From Rhizophagus irregularis (taxonomy: Eukaryota), in assembly GCF_026210795.1 (NCBI RefSeq), contig NC_089432.1, positions 1,426,001-1,490,000 of the forward strand: a DNA stretch of 64,000 nucleotides, read 5' to 3'. Below, piece after piece: positions 50,470 through 63,943 of the stretch. Every line of letters begins with the position of its first letter. Within the stretch, counting starts at the first letter, position 1. A program made the position numbers and the translations under genes. A model generated the notes under the pieces. The model was not told the origin of the DNA and made no database searches. It saw only the letters and a list, made by a program, of their open reading frames with translations.

Positions 50470-53400
50470 CTTAAAATTTTCCTGATCCGTTAATTACTAA
50501 TCATAGGAAAGTCTAACGATAATTTCCCAAATTAGAAAGATATTTAAAAAAAAAAATTAATTAAGATCAAATTGTTCAAAGATAAATTGTCATAAAAAAG
50601 GTCAAATCATACAAAAAAAAAATATTTTCGCGGGAAAACCCATGATTGATCGACAAGTTATTTTAATTTTTTTTATATTAAAAATTTTTTTGCCAAGTAA
50701 AAAAAAAATGAAATAAAAATAATTTTTTTTAAAGAACTAAAAATTTAGTAAGTTTTTAGCTCAAATTAAGTATTTTTCATACAAAATGTTTATTTTATTA
50801 AAATTGTTATCAATGATGTAAACAAATTTTCATATTTTTCCTGATAATCAACAATGAACTATACAAATAAAGGAATTTCATTCAAAGGATCGAACTTATT
50901 GAAATTGGTAAATCATTTCCCGTTATTCCGGTACTCCGTAAAAAAATTTTCCCCAGATTTTTTTTTATACTTTTTAGTTCATTTTGTGTCACATAATGTT
51001 TTTTCTATTTATAAAAAAATTCTCAGGATTCTAATAACTATATTTTTGGATTTAAAACAATATAAAAATTTCGTCATGATTTTTAATAAAAAAAAAACTG
51101 TTATATGAAAAAATAAAAAATTATTAATTAAAAATAGATATACTGGGCTGAGTCAAAAATTGTTATTACTTTTGAATTACGATCTAAAAAAAAAAATTTT
51201 ACATATTCGCGTAATTTTATGATTCATGTGAAGTACTGGATCGATAGGGTGGGAATCTCGTGTTACAATTATATATATATTTTTTAATATGTTAACCTTT
51301 GGATAAATTAATATTAATATTCTTAATATATATTTTAATTAGAGGATAGGAAATATGATACTTTATTTCCGTGATATTACATCACATCAAAAAATAACTA
51401 AGCCTAATATTTAGCGCAGTCGTAAAAAAAAAAATTCACTGGCTGAATTTTTTTGGGCTGAAATTCAAAATTCTTTTAACTAAATTTAGATATGGAGATC
51501 AATAATGGGATGGCACAATCTTGCCCAGAGATTTTCATTCTTTTTCTATTATGATAATGAAATTAAATTTACCAAAATTAAATATATTGTAACTGATTCT
51601 ATTTCATTCACGAGAAGTTAATGACATAAGACATACCTTATTTAATTTTATTAACAGTTTTTTAAAGTACGTAATAATGTAACATTCTAGCATCAATGAT
51701 ATTACAAAAAGTTCACATGATAAAATGTCTCAATACTTGGCTTTTTTTAATTTATCTGATTTTGAATCAATGAGATTATTATATTAGTAAATTCCATTGT
51801 CAATACGAAAGTAGTAATAATCTCACAAAACATAATAACTATTTTTATGTACAATTTTTTTTTTTCAAAAAAAATAAAGTTTGCCCGATTCTTAAGAATC
51901 AGATTACTACATAAGAATTAAATCATCATAAATTTTCTTCTTAAAAAGAATTACTTCTTTTTTTAATTCTTTTGAATTTGTGTAAATTTCTCACACTAAA
52001 AAAAGAAAATTCATATAAATATTCTATTGACTCTAAAAAAAAAAAAATGTTATAATTAGATTTTGTGTCCATCATGAATTCATTTCTCACGAGAATGTAA
52101 AACGTTATTTTGTAAATGCGATATCAATAACGGAATGATCAACCTAGAAGAAAAAGGGTTTCGTCTTATTGGAGTATTGGACGAAATATGTTTGTTATAC
52201 TTGCACACAGAATTGTGCTTTGATTTTCTTTATCACAAACAAATAAATGAAATTAATCGTGATTCACACAACATTTTTAAATTCTCAAATTTATGGTAGC
52301 GTTGGTCGAATTTAGGAGAAGTTTCGGAGAACCATTCTGATAAACTAGAACCATCGTTTGGAGAGTGATTTACTACAAGTGATGTCATTTTTATTACCAT
52401 TTTCCTCAAAATGCTTATCGTTATAATATAAGAATTATATCCTCATTAATCATTTGGTCAAACATTTCTAAAAATTAACTTCATATTTCTTAAAAAGGTG
52501 TGCTTACCTGTTACTTAAACCTGCAACTTTAGCTTCTACACCATCGCTTGCCGATTGATCCACCTGTATCAAAGATCGTTGTAATTTTGGCTAAATTTGG
52601 CCGACATTTAACTTGGCCAGAATTAACAATAATTTATCCCTGAAATTTATCCCCGTGATTTCCCGAGATTAACCAAAATTTATCTGCGCCATATGCTGTA
52701 ACACACTTTATTTACCAAATTCGACTTTCCTATACGGAAAATAATTAACCTTGAAAGCTTAACATTAAATCTAAAAATAGTACATTTTGAATCGGGATTT
52801 TTTGTTAATAGGAGGATCGTACATTGTAATCATTGAAATTCAGTACAAGAATACCTTTAAAAAATATTATTATAATATAAATCGGAGTAATTCATCACGA
52901 AATGAGCATTAACCACAAATAGCAAAAGCCTTCTGATATCCATAAATAATTTTCACCGTGATAATAATAGTAAAAGTAATGTATGAATCAAGCGTAATAT
53001 TTTTAATCAAATTATTATGGACTTATGACTCAAAGGACTCTCAAATTCATCGTTTATGAGGTACTTTACGTAATATTATTATATTGGTTTGGCAATGATG
53101 ACAAGTACTTATATTACTCTTTTATTAGCCTAGCGACTTTTATTAACTAAAGATTGATTATATAACAAATCCTAATAATATGACCTGCCCTTTGAGTGAA
53201 TATACAAGCTTAACTAAATACAATGCAAAACCTTATGGAAAGTCTCACGTGACTTCAATCAAAGATCCGCCAATTATTTAACTCATGATTTAAATTTTTA
53301 ACGGTATAAATTGCTGCGCATAAAATTTTTATAAAAAAAAATATATATTTATTTGAAACTAATTCCCCTTTTCTGATCATCACTTCGACTATTTTGATTT

Positions 53401-54782
53401 TGATTGCATTAACATAATAAATGGAAAAGAATTTTCTAACCTCGATGCCAAAAGTGGCTTCCAACCCTATAAAAAATTTTTTAAGTTAAAGGTTTATGAG
53501 TTTGAGAAGTTTGAAAGGTTTTATAAGTTTGTTTGTTTTTAAGCTTTGTTATGAGGTTTTAATTTCACCAGTGATATATACTACCAATATCGGTCGTAAG
53601 TTGTCCATATCAGCCGCAGCAGTGTCATCACCAGTAATACTATGAAGCTTTTCCCATGAAATTTTTTATGGGATAACCATGTGTCTGGAACTGTTGTACT
53701 CCTTTCTATTATTTTATTGGCCAAAACCAAAAGTATAAGATTTCGCTTAATATAGAGACTTATAAGTACTAGCGATTTTTTTAGCTGATCTTAATTAAGT
53801 TTTTAATCCACATCTCTTCATCCCCCTATTGTTTTATTGTTTTCAATTTTGTTATAATATGGATCAATGTTAGTAGACGTTAAATTTTACTTGAACATTA
53901 TGTTCTCTTAAGAATACTTCGGTATGTTTTATTTTATTCATACCTTAATTTTTGCGGGAAAGTTGGCTGAACTTCCATGTACTGTACCTACTCCTACATA
54001 CTTTATATCTTACTGAAAAGGAGAAAAGAGATATAGGGCGTAATTAACGATATCATCTGATGCCAAGAAAGCTTTGAAGGCACATGAGTATGGAGTTTTC
54101 ATACCTTTTCACATGGGAAATCTACCTGTAAGACGCAAAAGTTGGACAAATGGAGATCTCAAAATTGCAAAGTTCTCAGCCCTTCCTAACATATGCTTTT
54201 ATCGTCGCTATTCACTTATGTGGCAACCTCTGTACCGCAAGTAAACACTCTTTTCACATTTTTCTCTCATTTATTTGGGGAAAAATAAAGAACAAAGGTT
54301 AATCCACTTTTTTTTTCAAATATGCAAAAATCCAATATGTTGCACAGACCTGACCCTGTGGAACTGAAGATCAGCACTCTGGGTTGACGCAATGTGCCAA
54401 TGTCTGATCACCACTCCGGAGTGTTTGACCAAACTGATCGTGATCGGTATAATCCTAAACGCTTTGCAAATTCTTCTGTAATAATTATGACATCTGAACT
54501 CGCGCCTCTATTTGGGTTACCCCTGGCTGATTGATACAATTTTTATTAACAGTTATAATTTTCAGAGGAGGAGGCTTGTAAATTTGATATAAGGCCTGTT
54601 TGTTTAGCCGATCTTTGACCTTTGACCTCTGCAAAATTCTTTTGAGCTGTTGATCTCCTCTCTGGATTGGCATGGATCTGATTGATAACAAAAAGACGTT
54701 GTCGATTAATAACACGATATATATGATCTACGATATAATTTTTAATCATATTTACAAAATCAATCGCTGTTTCTTTTTTTTC

Positions 54783-55055
54783 CTAAAACATTTCTACCGT
54801 TATATCAAGAGGATGATTATATCCAAATTTTATTAAAACAGAATTCTTATTTTCTAATTCGTTAATGAACACATTTTTAAGGTGATCTTTACAGAGCTTG
54901 ACAACATCGTTACATCTCTTCACCTCTGAATAATATTCTGTTATTGAGTCTTCGCCTTGAAGCAACAACCCACATCGGAATTTTTCTATCTCATCTGTAT
55001 TATCTTCGGTCATCTGTATCATCACCATCCGGCCATATCTCCCATCGAAGTTCAT
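54783..55055 (-). pseudogene. Possible retrotransposon gag-like remnant
   Basis: LLQGEDSITEYYSEVKRC resembles the QG..ES..EY motif of Ty3/gypsy Gag capsid domains. Surrounding frames are broken and no LTR or pol is seen. Confidence 0.3.
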
Positions 55056-56106
55056 GCGGATAATATAGCAATTCTATCAGTTCAAATTTTGTGAAAGATA
55101 AAAAGCATCGGATTGTAGGAATACACGGAATAATGACGTTGAATTTTTTACATTAGGCAGGCTATAGGGAAGGTCATATAGAGTTAGTACTTAGTAGAGT
55201 ACTTAATTTGTAGGGTACCAGGAAATTATGAAATAGCTGTCTTACTCTACCATGGTTACCGTATACAAATTGCTTAAGCGTTTCCTCTCTCCAACGCCTA
55301 ACTACCTTTGGTTTTGATTTCACAAAAAAGTTCATCCCGTTCGCTCCAGTCGTAAATAGTCCAATCTGAGTCTCTCTGCCCATTATTCTTTGATAAATTT
55401 ATTGAAGGCTTCCTTTTTCTTGGCATCTATACCTCATCAAACATTTGCTAATAAAAAAATAAGCAGACATCTGATTGATAATCACCGCTTTGCACAGAAC
55501 CCACTGATATAATCGTTAAACCCGGCTAAGGCCAAAATGGCTGAATAGAGTTATTACATACAACTTAAATTCCTAAATAAAGAATAAATATATTTTTAGT
55601 TATATTTTGATGATAGCCATTGTTTATACATTTTTTTACACTTAGTACAATTATGTCTGTGTAATTTATTATATACGTATTATTAGCTTTTACACATTTA
55701 TACACAAAAATTTTTCCTAAATCCAATTAATTATAAAGATATCATGAATGTAAAAAACGGTATTATCTTTTTTTTTTAAAAAAAAAAGCTACATATTACA
55801 AAATAACATAAAATTACTAAGTCAATATAAATGTAATCTCAAACAGAATGAGAAACGAAAAAGAAAAAGATAGTTATATCTATAATTGAAAAGGAAAAAG
55901 TAAACAACATGAATAAAAAAGAAAAAAAAATAAACCAAAAATAAAACTAAAAAGAAAAGAAAAACTCTATAATTGAAAAGTTCTATTTATCTGTCTATGG
56001 GAGTAAAAATCTCACATCTTCAACTGCCCTTCAGAATTACCCTGATTAATAGTCATAATTGCATAAGTAAGAATTCCACCTGGTGAAAACGTCAAGACAC
56101 TTAGTT

Positions 56107-57248
56107 TAAGGAAAAAATGAATTGATATATGCCCTACAAAATTTTCAAAATTTTTTAGTCACTATCACCTAATACCATATGAGGTTTACCATCCTGTTAA
56201 TTATGCATAAACAGGGAACCCAGGACACCTACGTGGCCATCATAGGATCTATGGCAATCTCATATAGTATTCAATAACAACAACTAAGTAAGTATGACAT
56301 AGAAATATGTGTCATTTCCACGGGCACCACGGCCTGCCCTCCCATATGGATCGGCTTGGGGATCACCTATGTGGCATCATTGTAGCTACGACTTGTGCAC
56401 AAAGCAGATGACTACATAGCCAGTAGCAAATGGTACGTACTACGAGCACATAAACCTCTATGTCAATCATAACAGTCCACCATCCGGAAGACTTTCTGCG
56501 AACCCTCCTCCGGTGAACACGTACTCGTACGTCCATCCGGCAAACTGTTATTTATACTCACCATTTAATGATATGACCCAGCCTCGTTTAGTGTTAGATT
56601 GTCCTCTATCGCAAATAGATACCAAATTTGGCATTATCTTAAATGTACCGTTTCCGTTGATCCGCCTAAAAAGAATCAAATGTGTGATAGACAGCAGAAA
56701 ACATGTAAAAAGAACCACAAAAGCGTCTAGACTGACAAGAGTAGTTGGAGTGGTTTTTCACTTACAAAACAAGTTTCCAATAGCTAGTGAAACTCGTTAC
56801 CCATATGTTGTCCAAAGGCAGTTCCGCCAGTAAATACAGTTCTTGATGTTGACATATATATTCTTTCCGTCTTAATATTTATTTGCGTGAAATATTTGCG
56901 CGTGAAAAATATTTATTTACGCGTGAAAAAAGTCTATTTACGCGAGATATTTATTTGAAAAGAAAGTATTATAAAAAAAGTATTTAGTTGTGTCTGAAGG
57001 AGTAGTGAAAGAGATGGAGGAGAGATAAAAAAAAAAAGAAAAAGAACTGTATAAATATTATTTTTTTTGTTGTACAAGCTTTTCATAAAAGTACATAATC
57101 ATATAAAAAGTATAAATGATATCAATACAGTATTTGTAGCTTTTAATTACCTAATCATGACGTATTTTAATCATATGAATAATTAAGTAATGTTAAACTG
57201 GACATGATTGGATAAGATAATGCGCAGTAAATTTATTAGGCAAGTGTG
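56107..57248. repeat. Copy A of a 1.1-1.25 kb duplicated segment (copy B at 60681-61925)
   Basis: Colinear similarity from TAAGGAAAAAATGAA to TTTATTAGGCAAGTGTG, including a 274-nt identical core (56305-56578 = 60887-61160). Confidence 0.95.
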
Positions 57249-58339
57249 GATCAATGTTTGATTCGTCAGAGTTTTTTAAATAAAGTTGCAACTTTATCTA
57301 CAGATAAATAACTGTTGCGTCCTTTAGCCATCTAAAAAAAGAAGAAACAAAACGGTAGTAAGTATTTCGTTAAAAAAATGGTTTAAAAAAAAAATGCTCA
57401 AGTTCCCACATACCTTCAAACTCATCTAGAAAAATTCCTGAGTTCCAGCAGTATTCCAGCCGATTAACCAAAATACCACGTCCTGTTTCTTCTTATCTTT
57501 GTTTCTTAATCTTTTCAATAACTTCTTGATATTTCTGTTAATATAAGGGTTAGGTGACGAGAATATCTAAGGCCAAGTATTTAAGCTGGTTATTCACCAA
57601 ATTCCCATGCGTCTAGACCGTCTAAAAAAAGAAAGTTCAAACTGTTAATAAATATTTCGTTACTGTAAAAATAAAAAAATAAGTAAACCTAGTAACCTAC
57701 CCACTAAATTCCAACACGCTTAAAGGCCAAAATGAGACAAACTCTAAAAAAATGAATTAGTACTAAAGACGAAAAAAAATAAAATAAAAAACCCAAAAAT
57801 TTACTTACATTTCATAAGAGATCGCTAAAACAAAATGTAACCTAAAAAATAAATTTTTAGTTAAGAAAAGTGTTTAATTTAGGTAAAAGAGAAGGATGAA
57901 AAGCGGGAGAGAGGAATAAAAAGAGAGGGAAAAGGGAAAGAACGAAAAAAAGGAAAAAGGAACTATTTAATAGATCGATCACGTGATACACGTGATACAT
58001 AATTTTAAGGTTACACCACGATTTCCCGGACGTTTGCCCGAAAACTTTGACCAGCATTAAAACTAATGTAGGCCAACGGTGTCGGGCAAACGTCCTGTCG
58101 GGAAAATGAATGTCGGGATTTTGTCCGACATCGAATAATTTGTATATCGCATTCAATATTTTGCTCGCGAATCCTGAACAAAAATTACATGCACAATATT
58201 TTGCAATAAATTGTCAAATAAAATTTCTATTTTTGCGCAAAGAATTAACAATTTAAATACTGTACAATATATTGCACAATATTGAAATTATTGAGCAATA
58301 ATGTACAATATTGAATCCTCCAAAATTTAGTGATGCAAA

Positions 58340-59074
58340 GTAAAAGAATCTAATATTTTGTACCTCATAATTCAAAATTCAAAATTTTAAAAACTGCAAA
58401 TATCAACAAAATAAACAGTTTTTTATTTTATGAAATAAAATTACATTTTTTTTGTACAGCATTAATACTTAAAAGAAAAACATGTTTTGTTTCGTTCTCG
58501 TAAAAAAAAAAAAATTATTTTTTATCACATTATAAATGCCAAGATTAATATAAAAAGGAGTACAACTTGCATATAGTTGCATATTTTGATGGTTCAAAAT
58601 TCATGCACGAGGTGGGTTGCAACACGGATACTTGCTTATTAAGATGATGTGCAACGATAGTAGCTAATTCATTTATCGAGTGAGCAGACATCGGGATGCT
58701 AAAACAAGTCCTTCGGTACACTCCGGACTAATTATAAAGAGATATGCAAGGAGAGTGTTACACATCTATTTATCTATTCGATAATATGACAGCTATGGTT
58801 CAATCACTATTTAATTTTTTCTTTTCTCGGCTCAAAAACACGAACACGAAAAAAATAATGTAAATTTTGATTGTTTATTATTTGTCAAATAGGGGATAAA
58901 AGAAATCAATTTATAAAAATACTATATACTAGCGAAGTGTTTCACCCGGTGAATTCTGAAACCTCCGAAACCCTAATTCTTTCTTTCTAAGTTACGTATT
59001 ACACCTAAAAAGATGATTCAGAGTATGAAATGGGCCATCACTACACCTATAACAGCCAAAACTATTACGCTACG
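58340..59074. repeat. Duplicated 3' end and downstream region of the cupredoxin-like gene (second copy 63350-64000)
   Basis: GTAAAAGAATCTAATATTTTGTACCTC...GAGTATGAAATGGGCCATCACTA is colinear at 58340-59074 and 63350-64000. Confidence 0.93.
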
Positions 59075-59789
59075 ATTACAAATAATGGTGGGTATTTGAA
59101 CATTATCGCTGGCTCCATTAGCTATAATAGTGGTATTATTATTGTTGTTATTATTATTACTATTATTATTATTATTGTTGTTGTTGTTGTTGTTGTTGTT
59201 ATTGTTGTTGTTATTATTATTGTTGTTGTTGTTGTTGTTGTTATTCTTATTATTAGGAAATGGTCCTTGTGGGTCTTTACTTGCACTAATAAAACACATA
59301 TCCTGAAATCCACAACCGGGTTCATTAGTGTGTATTTTAAATTCAGTTCTTCCGGTATCTTTAGGTATAAATGTAGCGTTCGGTTGTTCATCCGTTAATA
59401 TTGCATGAACTAATTGTAGAAAAAAAACCCATGTTTTAAAAGAAAATTAATAATGATAGCATAATTGACGAGAAAATGTATAACATTTTTACTTACAAGA
59501 ATCAGGTCTTTCGGATTTTGTACAATGATCATATTCATCGAGTACAAACGTCTTAATACCTATTCTTATAAATACTATCTAATAAAAAAAATAATAACAT
59601 TATTTAAAAGAATTTATTGCATGTTGATTTAAATGAAATAAAACCTACAGGCTCATCATAATATGCACCAACGATCGAGGGGTCAAACGGATAATAACCA
59701 TCTCCAACTTTGACATCTATTGCATTACCATAATTAATTGTGAAAACCAAGATAACCAAAAAATAAATAATATTATTATTTTGAGACAT
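59018..59789 (-). CDS. Secreted, probably GPI-anchored cupredoxin-like protein with a poly-Asn linker (about 204 aa)
   Basis: Exons 59789-59649, 59578-59497, 59409-59018 in frame. Signal peptide, IDVKVGDGYYPFDPSIV.A...IVF (cupredoxin-like first strands), C..S..P.SF motif, GRTEFKIHTNEPGCGFQDM, an Asn run of about 37 residues and a hydrophobic C-terminus VIVLAVIGVVMAHFIL. Confidence 0.75.
59135..59252. repeat. (ATT/GTT)n coding microsatellite encoding poly-Asn
   Basis: Mixed AAT/AAC codons on the minus strand. Confidence 0.95.
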
Positions 59790-60149
59790 TCTTTTTTAAA
59801 ACAAGAAAAGAGTTCGAAAGTATTGTAAGTAAATGAATGTGCATTATATATATAGAGATAATTCGTACTTCGTTGACGGATGTACTTGTACTTTTATTTT
59901 ACTATGTAAGGTAAATTGGCAAATTTTCAATGTAAATGTGAACTTAGTGTAAAATGTAACTTAAATAATTGCTTTATAATATCAATATATTTAGGTCGTA
60001 CGGTCACTCGTACCATCAATAGGATACACTACTTTACCCCCTTCGAAATTTCTTTCTTCACCCACAAATATTACGAGGTCATTATCATTTTGCAAATATA
60101 AATCTGTACCAAGAAATCTGACTTTAAACCCTTCGTTACTAATTTCGGT

Positions 60150-60310
60150 TCCTTAAATGATTGTCGCGATCGCTACCTTCCATAGCTTGAATTTGTCCGC
60201 GGAAAAATTCTTTCTTTAGTTCACTAATAGGGCTCATCCCTACTTACTTTAACAGAGAAAGCGTTCACGGTTGTATTACCTTTGATGAGACAGAATAAAT
60301 TGATAGACAT
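60150..60310 (-). pseudogene. Crinkler N-terminal domain fragment
   Basis: MSINLFCLIKGNTTVNAFSVKVSRDEP then, after a frameshift, ..SELKKEFSADKFKLWKV; homologous to the CRN N-terminus at 44424. Confidence 0.65.
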
Positions 60311-60680
60311 AGCGCAAAGTAAAATTATTTGCGAAAAAATATTATATACAATATTAAAATTAGCATTAAACATTCTTCCTAAAAGTTTGGTGAAGCCATT
60401 AACTTGCATTGCAAAGGAACCTGAAATACATCAGAACTAAATTGTTAGTCTAGTTGCAGATTTTAAATTACGATAAATATTATTTTGTATCATACTGTAC
60501 ATTCAACATATCAGCATTAATGGAAACTTATATGGATTTTCCGGAGTCGTAATCGATATATATTTTTCCTTATCATGTAATAAAATATTGAAGAAGCTGA
60601 AATTATTATCTTGACTTCAATATTCGTCCTACTCCAATTCAGAAATTTCACAATGCAGATTTATCTCATATTTTCAAAGA

Positions 60681-61925
60681 TAAGGAAAAAATGAACTGAT
60701 ATATCATATATGCCCTACAAAATTTACAAAATTTTTTAGTCACTATCACCTCATACCATATGAGGTTTACCACCCTGTTAATTATGCCTAAGTAGGGAAC
60801 CCCCAGGACACCTATGTGGCCATCATAGGATCTATGGCAATCTCATATAGTATTCAATAACAACAACTAAGTGCCATAACATAGAGATATGTGTCATTTC
60901 CACGGGCACCACGGCCTGCCCTCCCATATGGATCGGCTTGGGGATCACCTATGTGGCATCATTGTAGCTACGACTTGTGCACAAAGCAGATGACTACATA
61001 GCCAGTAGCAAATGGTACGTACTACGAGCACATAAACCTCTATGTCAATCATAACAGTCCACCATCCGGAAGACTTTCTGCGAACCCTCCTCCGGTGAAC
61101 ACGTACTCGTACGTCCATCCGGCAAACTGTTATTTATACTCACCATTTAATGATATGACCTAGCCTCGTTTAGTGTTAGCTTGCAAATAGATACCAAATT
61201 TGGCATTATCTCGATGATCTTAAATGTACCGTTTCAGTTGATCTGCCTAAACAATTGAAGAATCAAATGTATGATAGAAAAGCAGAAAACATGTAAAAAA
61301 GAACCATAAAAGCGTCGGAGTGGTTTTTCACTTACAAAACAAGTTTCCAATGGTTAGTGAAACTCGTTACCCATATGTTGTCCAAAGGCAGTTCCACTCG
61401 TAAATACTAAAATACAGTTCTTGATGTTAATATATATATTTTTCCGTCTTAATATTTATTATATTTATTTGCGCGTAAAAAAAAGAGATATTTATTTACG
61501 CGTGAAAAAAAGAGATATTTATTTACGCGTGAAAAAAAGAGATATTTATTTACGCGTGAAAAAAGAGATTTATTTACGCGTGAAAAAAAAGTAGTGAAAA
61601 AAGGTATTTATTAGATATTTATTTGAAAAGAAAGTATTTATAAAAAAAGTATTTAGTTGTGTCTGAAGAGATGAAGAGATGAAAGAGATGTGTATTAAAC
61701 AAATAAAAGAAAAAGAGCTGTATAAATATTATTTTTTTTGTTGTACAAGCTTTTCATATAAGTATAAATGATATCATTACGTATGATTATATTGTAGCTT
61801 TTAATTACCTAATCATGATGTATTTACCTTAATATACATCTTTTATTCATATTTTTAGTTGAGTAATGCTAAAACTGGACATGATTGGATAAGATAATGC
61901 GCAGTAAATTTATTAGGCAAGTGTG
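60681..61925. repeat. Copy B of the duplicated segment, with an expanded 27-bp ACGCGT-containing tandem repeat
   Basis: As for copy A. Tandem GATATTTATTTACGCGTGAAAAAAAGA units at about 61487-61590. Confidence 0.95.
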
Positions 61926-62109
61926 CTTATTATTCGAAGATTTAAACCAAGATTATATTACTTGTTGAGATTAGTTGAGCCTTCGCAACATCCAGATTAT
62001 TTTTTTTTATGTTAAAAAAATAGATACTTATAATGGTAATTTAATAGAGTTTAACTCCACTTTATGATCTTAGTATTGAGAAAGATATTATTTAACAAAA
62101 ATATCAACT

Positions 62110-62340
62110 GTGAAATGTTTAATATGCTATGATTACTATATTTGGAATGGTCCGTTTCGTGATGTTTGTAAGCACAATCATATAGCAAAAATTTATCAAC
62201 AAACACAAATAAATAATTTATTATATCAACAAGTAAAAGCTGATTTAGTAAATTATTTAAAAATAAGCATAGAGAAAGTATTTCTGACAGAAAAGAAAAA
62301 TGAATTAATTAATTTACAATGGTCAGTGATATAGAAGCAA
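62110..62340 (+). pseudogene. Degenerate SWIM-finger / MULE transposase fragment
   Basis: KCLICYDYYIWNGPFRDVCKHNHIA resembles a SWIM C..C...CKH finger; flanking frames are broken. Confidence 0.4.
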
Positions 62341-63101
62341 CATTTGAAAAGATCGTAAAAATTGAAATGCGAGGTAAATTCATTAAATTGCTTCTTAATT
62401 ATTTGTTAATACTATTATAAAAAGGTGAGCAATTTTCAAGCTAATAGAATACAATCGGATATTAATAAATCCTTTTCGTCCAATTATGCCAAATAATCAT
62501 GGAACAACAAGCATTGGAGTACCACCTATACCTACAGCAAAGCCATGAAAACCTTCAAGAATTCTTCAAGCAGTTCAACAAATGCTCAAGAAACAAGCTC
62601 ATTTGCATCTAAAAAACGAACTACAAAAAGAAGAATAAGAAAAAATATTCAAACCGCCAAAGTATAATTTAATATTATTTATTCTTAAAACATAATTACT
62701 GCTATATTATATTGATTTACTGTAGGAACAAACCAAAGAACAACATATTAGTGAAAATCCTACCGAATATTATCAAAACGAATTTTATGAATTTTATTCT
62801 AATATGATAAATTTTCCCAGGCAAGGATTGCAAAATCCTCTTACATTATCATCTTTTACTCTTCAATCTTTACTTCTCGGTCTATTACTCCTTATTCTTA
62901 CGCACACTCTACAGACTCTTTTACTAGTATTCATCTTTCACCTTCTAATTACGAATATACTTCTTTATTCATTAGCTGTAAATTCACACTTTTCGTAAAG
63001 AATTCGTTAATTTCACATTTTCCTAATGGACAAGAACAGCAGTTTGCCACTCTTTCAAATAACTATACGCTGAATACATAATTCATTTACAAATGTTAAT
63101 A

Positions 63102-63327
63102 TTGTATCATCCTAAGCACCACCCGATTTTAAGCACCACCTCGACTTTAGAAAAACAAAAATAAGCACCACATTAAATTTTTATATTTATAAATAAGGAG
63201 TAAAGCGCAAAAAAAATTTTCAAAGTATCAAAAAAAAAAATATGAAAAAACTTCCGAATTTAAACACCACCAAACTTAAGTGGAAATTTTCCTTTAAAAA
63301 TGTGGTGATAAAATCGGAAGGATACGA
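63102..63327. mobile_element. Degenerate pogo/Tc1-type MITE
   Basis: TA|TTGTATCATCC...CCGATTTTAAGCACCAC at the left and GTGGTGATAAAATCGGAAGGATACGA|TA at the right, with repeated TAAGCACCAC motifs. Confidence 0.55.
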
Positions 63328-63943
63328 TAATCCGAATTCAAAGAATAAAGTAAAAGAATCTAATATTTTGTACCTCATAATTCAAAATTCAAAATTTAAA
63401 AACTGCAAATATCAAAAAAATAAACATAGTTTTTATTTTATGAAATAAAATTACATTTTTTTTTGTACAGCATAAAGAAAAACATATTTTGATTCGTTCT
63501 CGTGAAAAAAAAAAAAATTTTTTTATCACATTATAAATGCCAAAAAGGGGGTACATCAACTTGCATGTAGTTGCATATTTTGATGGTGTTGCAACAATGC
63601 AACACGGATACTTGCTTATTAAGATAACGTGCAACGATAGTAGCAAATTAGCATCGATTCATTTATCGAGTGGGATGCTAAAACAAGTCCTTCGGTACAC
63701 TCCGGACTACTATAAAGAGATATGCAAGGAGAGTGTTACACTTCTATTCATATACAGCATGGTTCAATCACTTTTTAATTTTTTCTTTTTTTGGCTCAAA
63801 ATTTTTATTGTTTGTCAAATAGGGGATAAAAAAATCAATTTATGCAGGTTAACAAAAAAATACTAGAAGTGTTTCACCCAGTGAATTCCGAAACCTCTGA
63901 ACCCCTAATTCTTTCTTTCTAAGTTACGTATTTCAAAAATGAT

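Noticed and set aside
53255..54749. Short minus-strand ORFs and GC-enriched patches
   Set aside because: Likely mosaic pseudogene or TE debris; no motif I can support beyond the weak gag-like segment listed.
59030..59398. Poly-Val/Ile and poly-Thr ORFs
   Set aside because: Alternative frames of the poly-Asn microsatellite.
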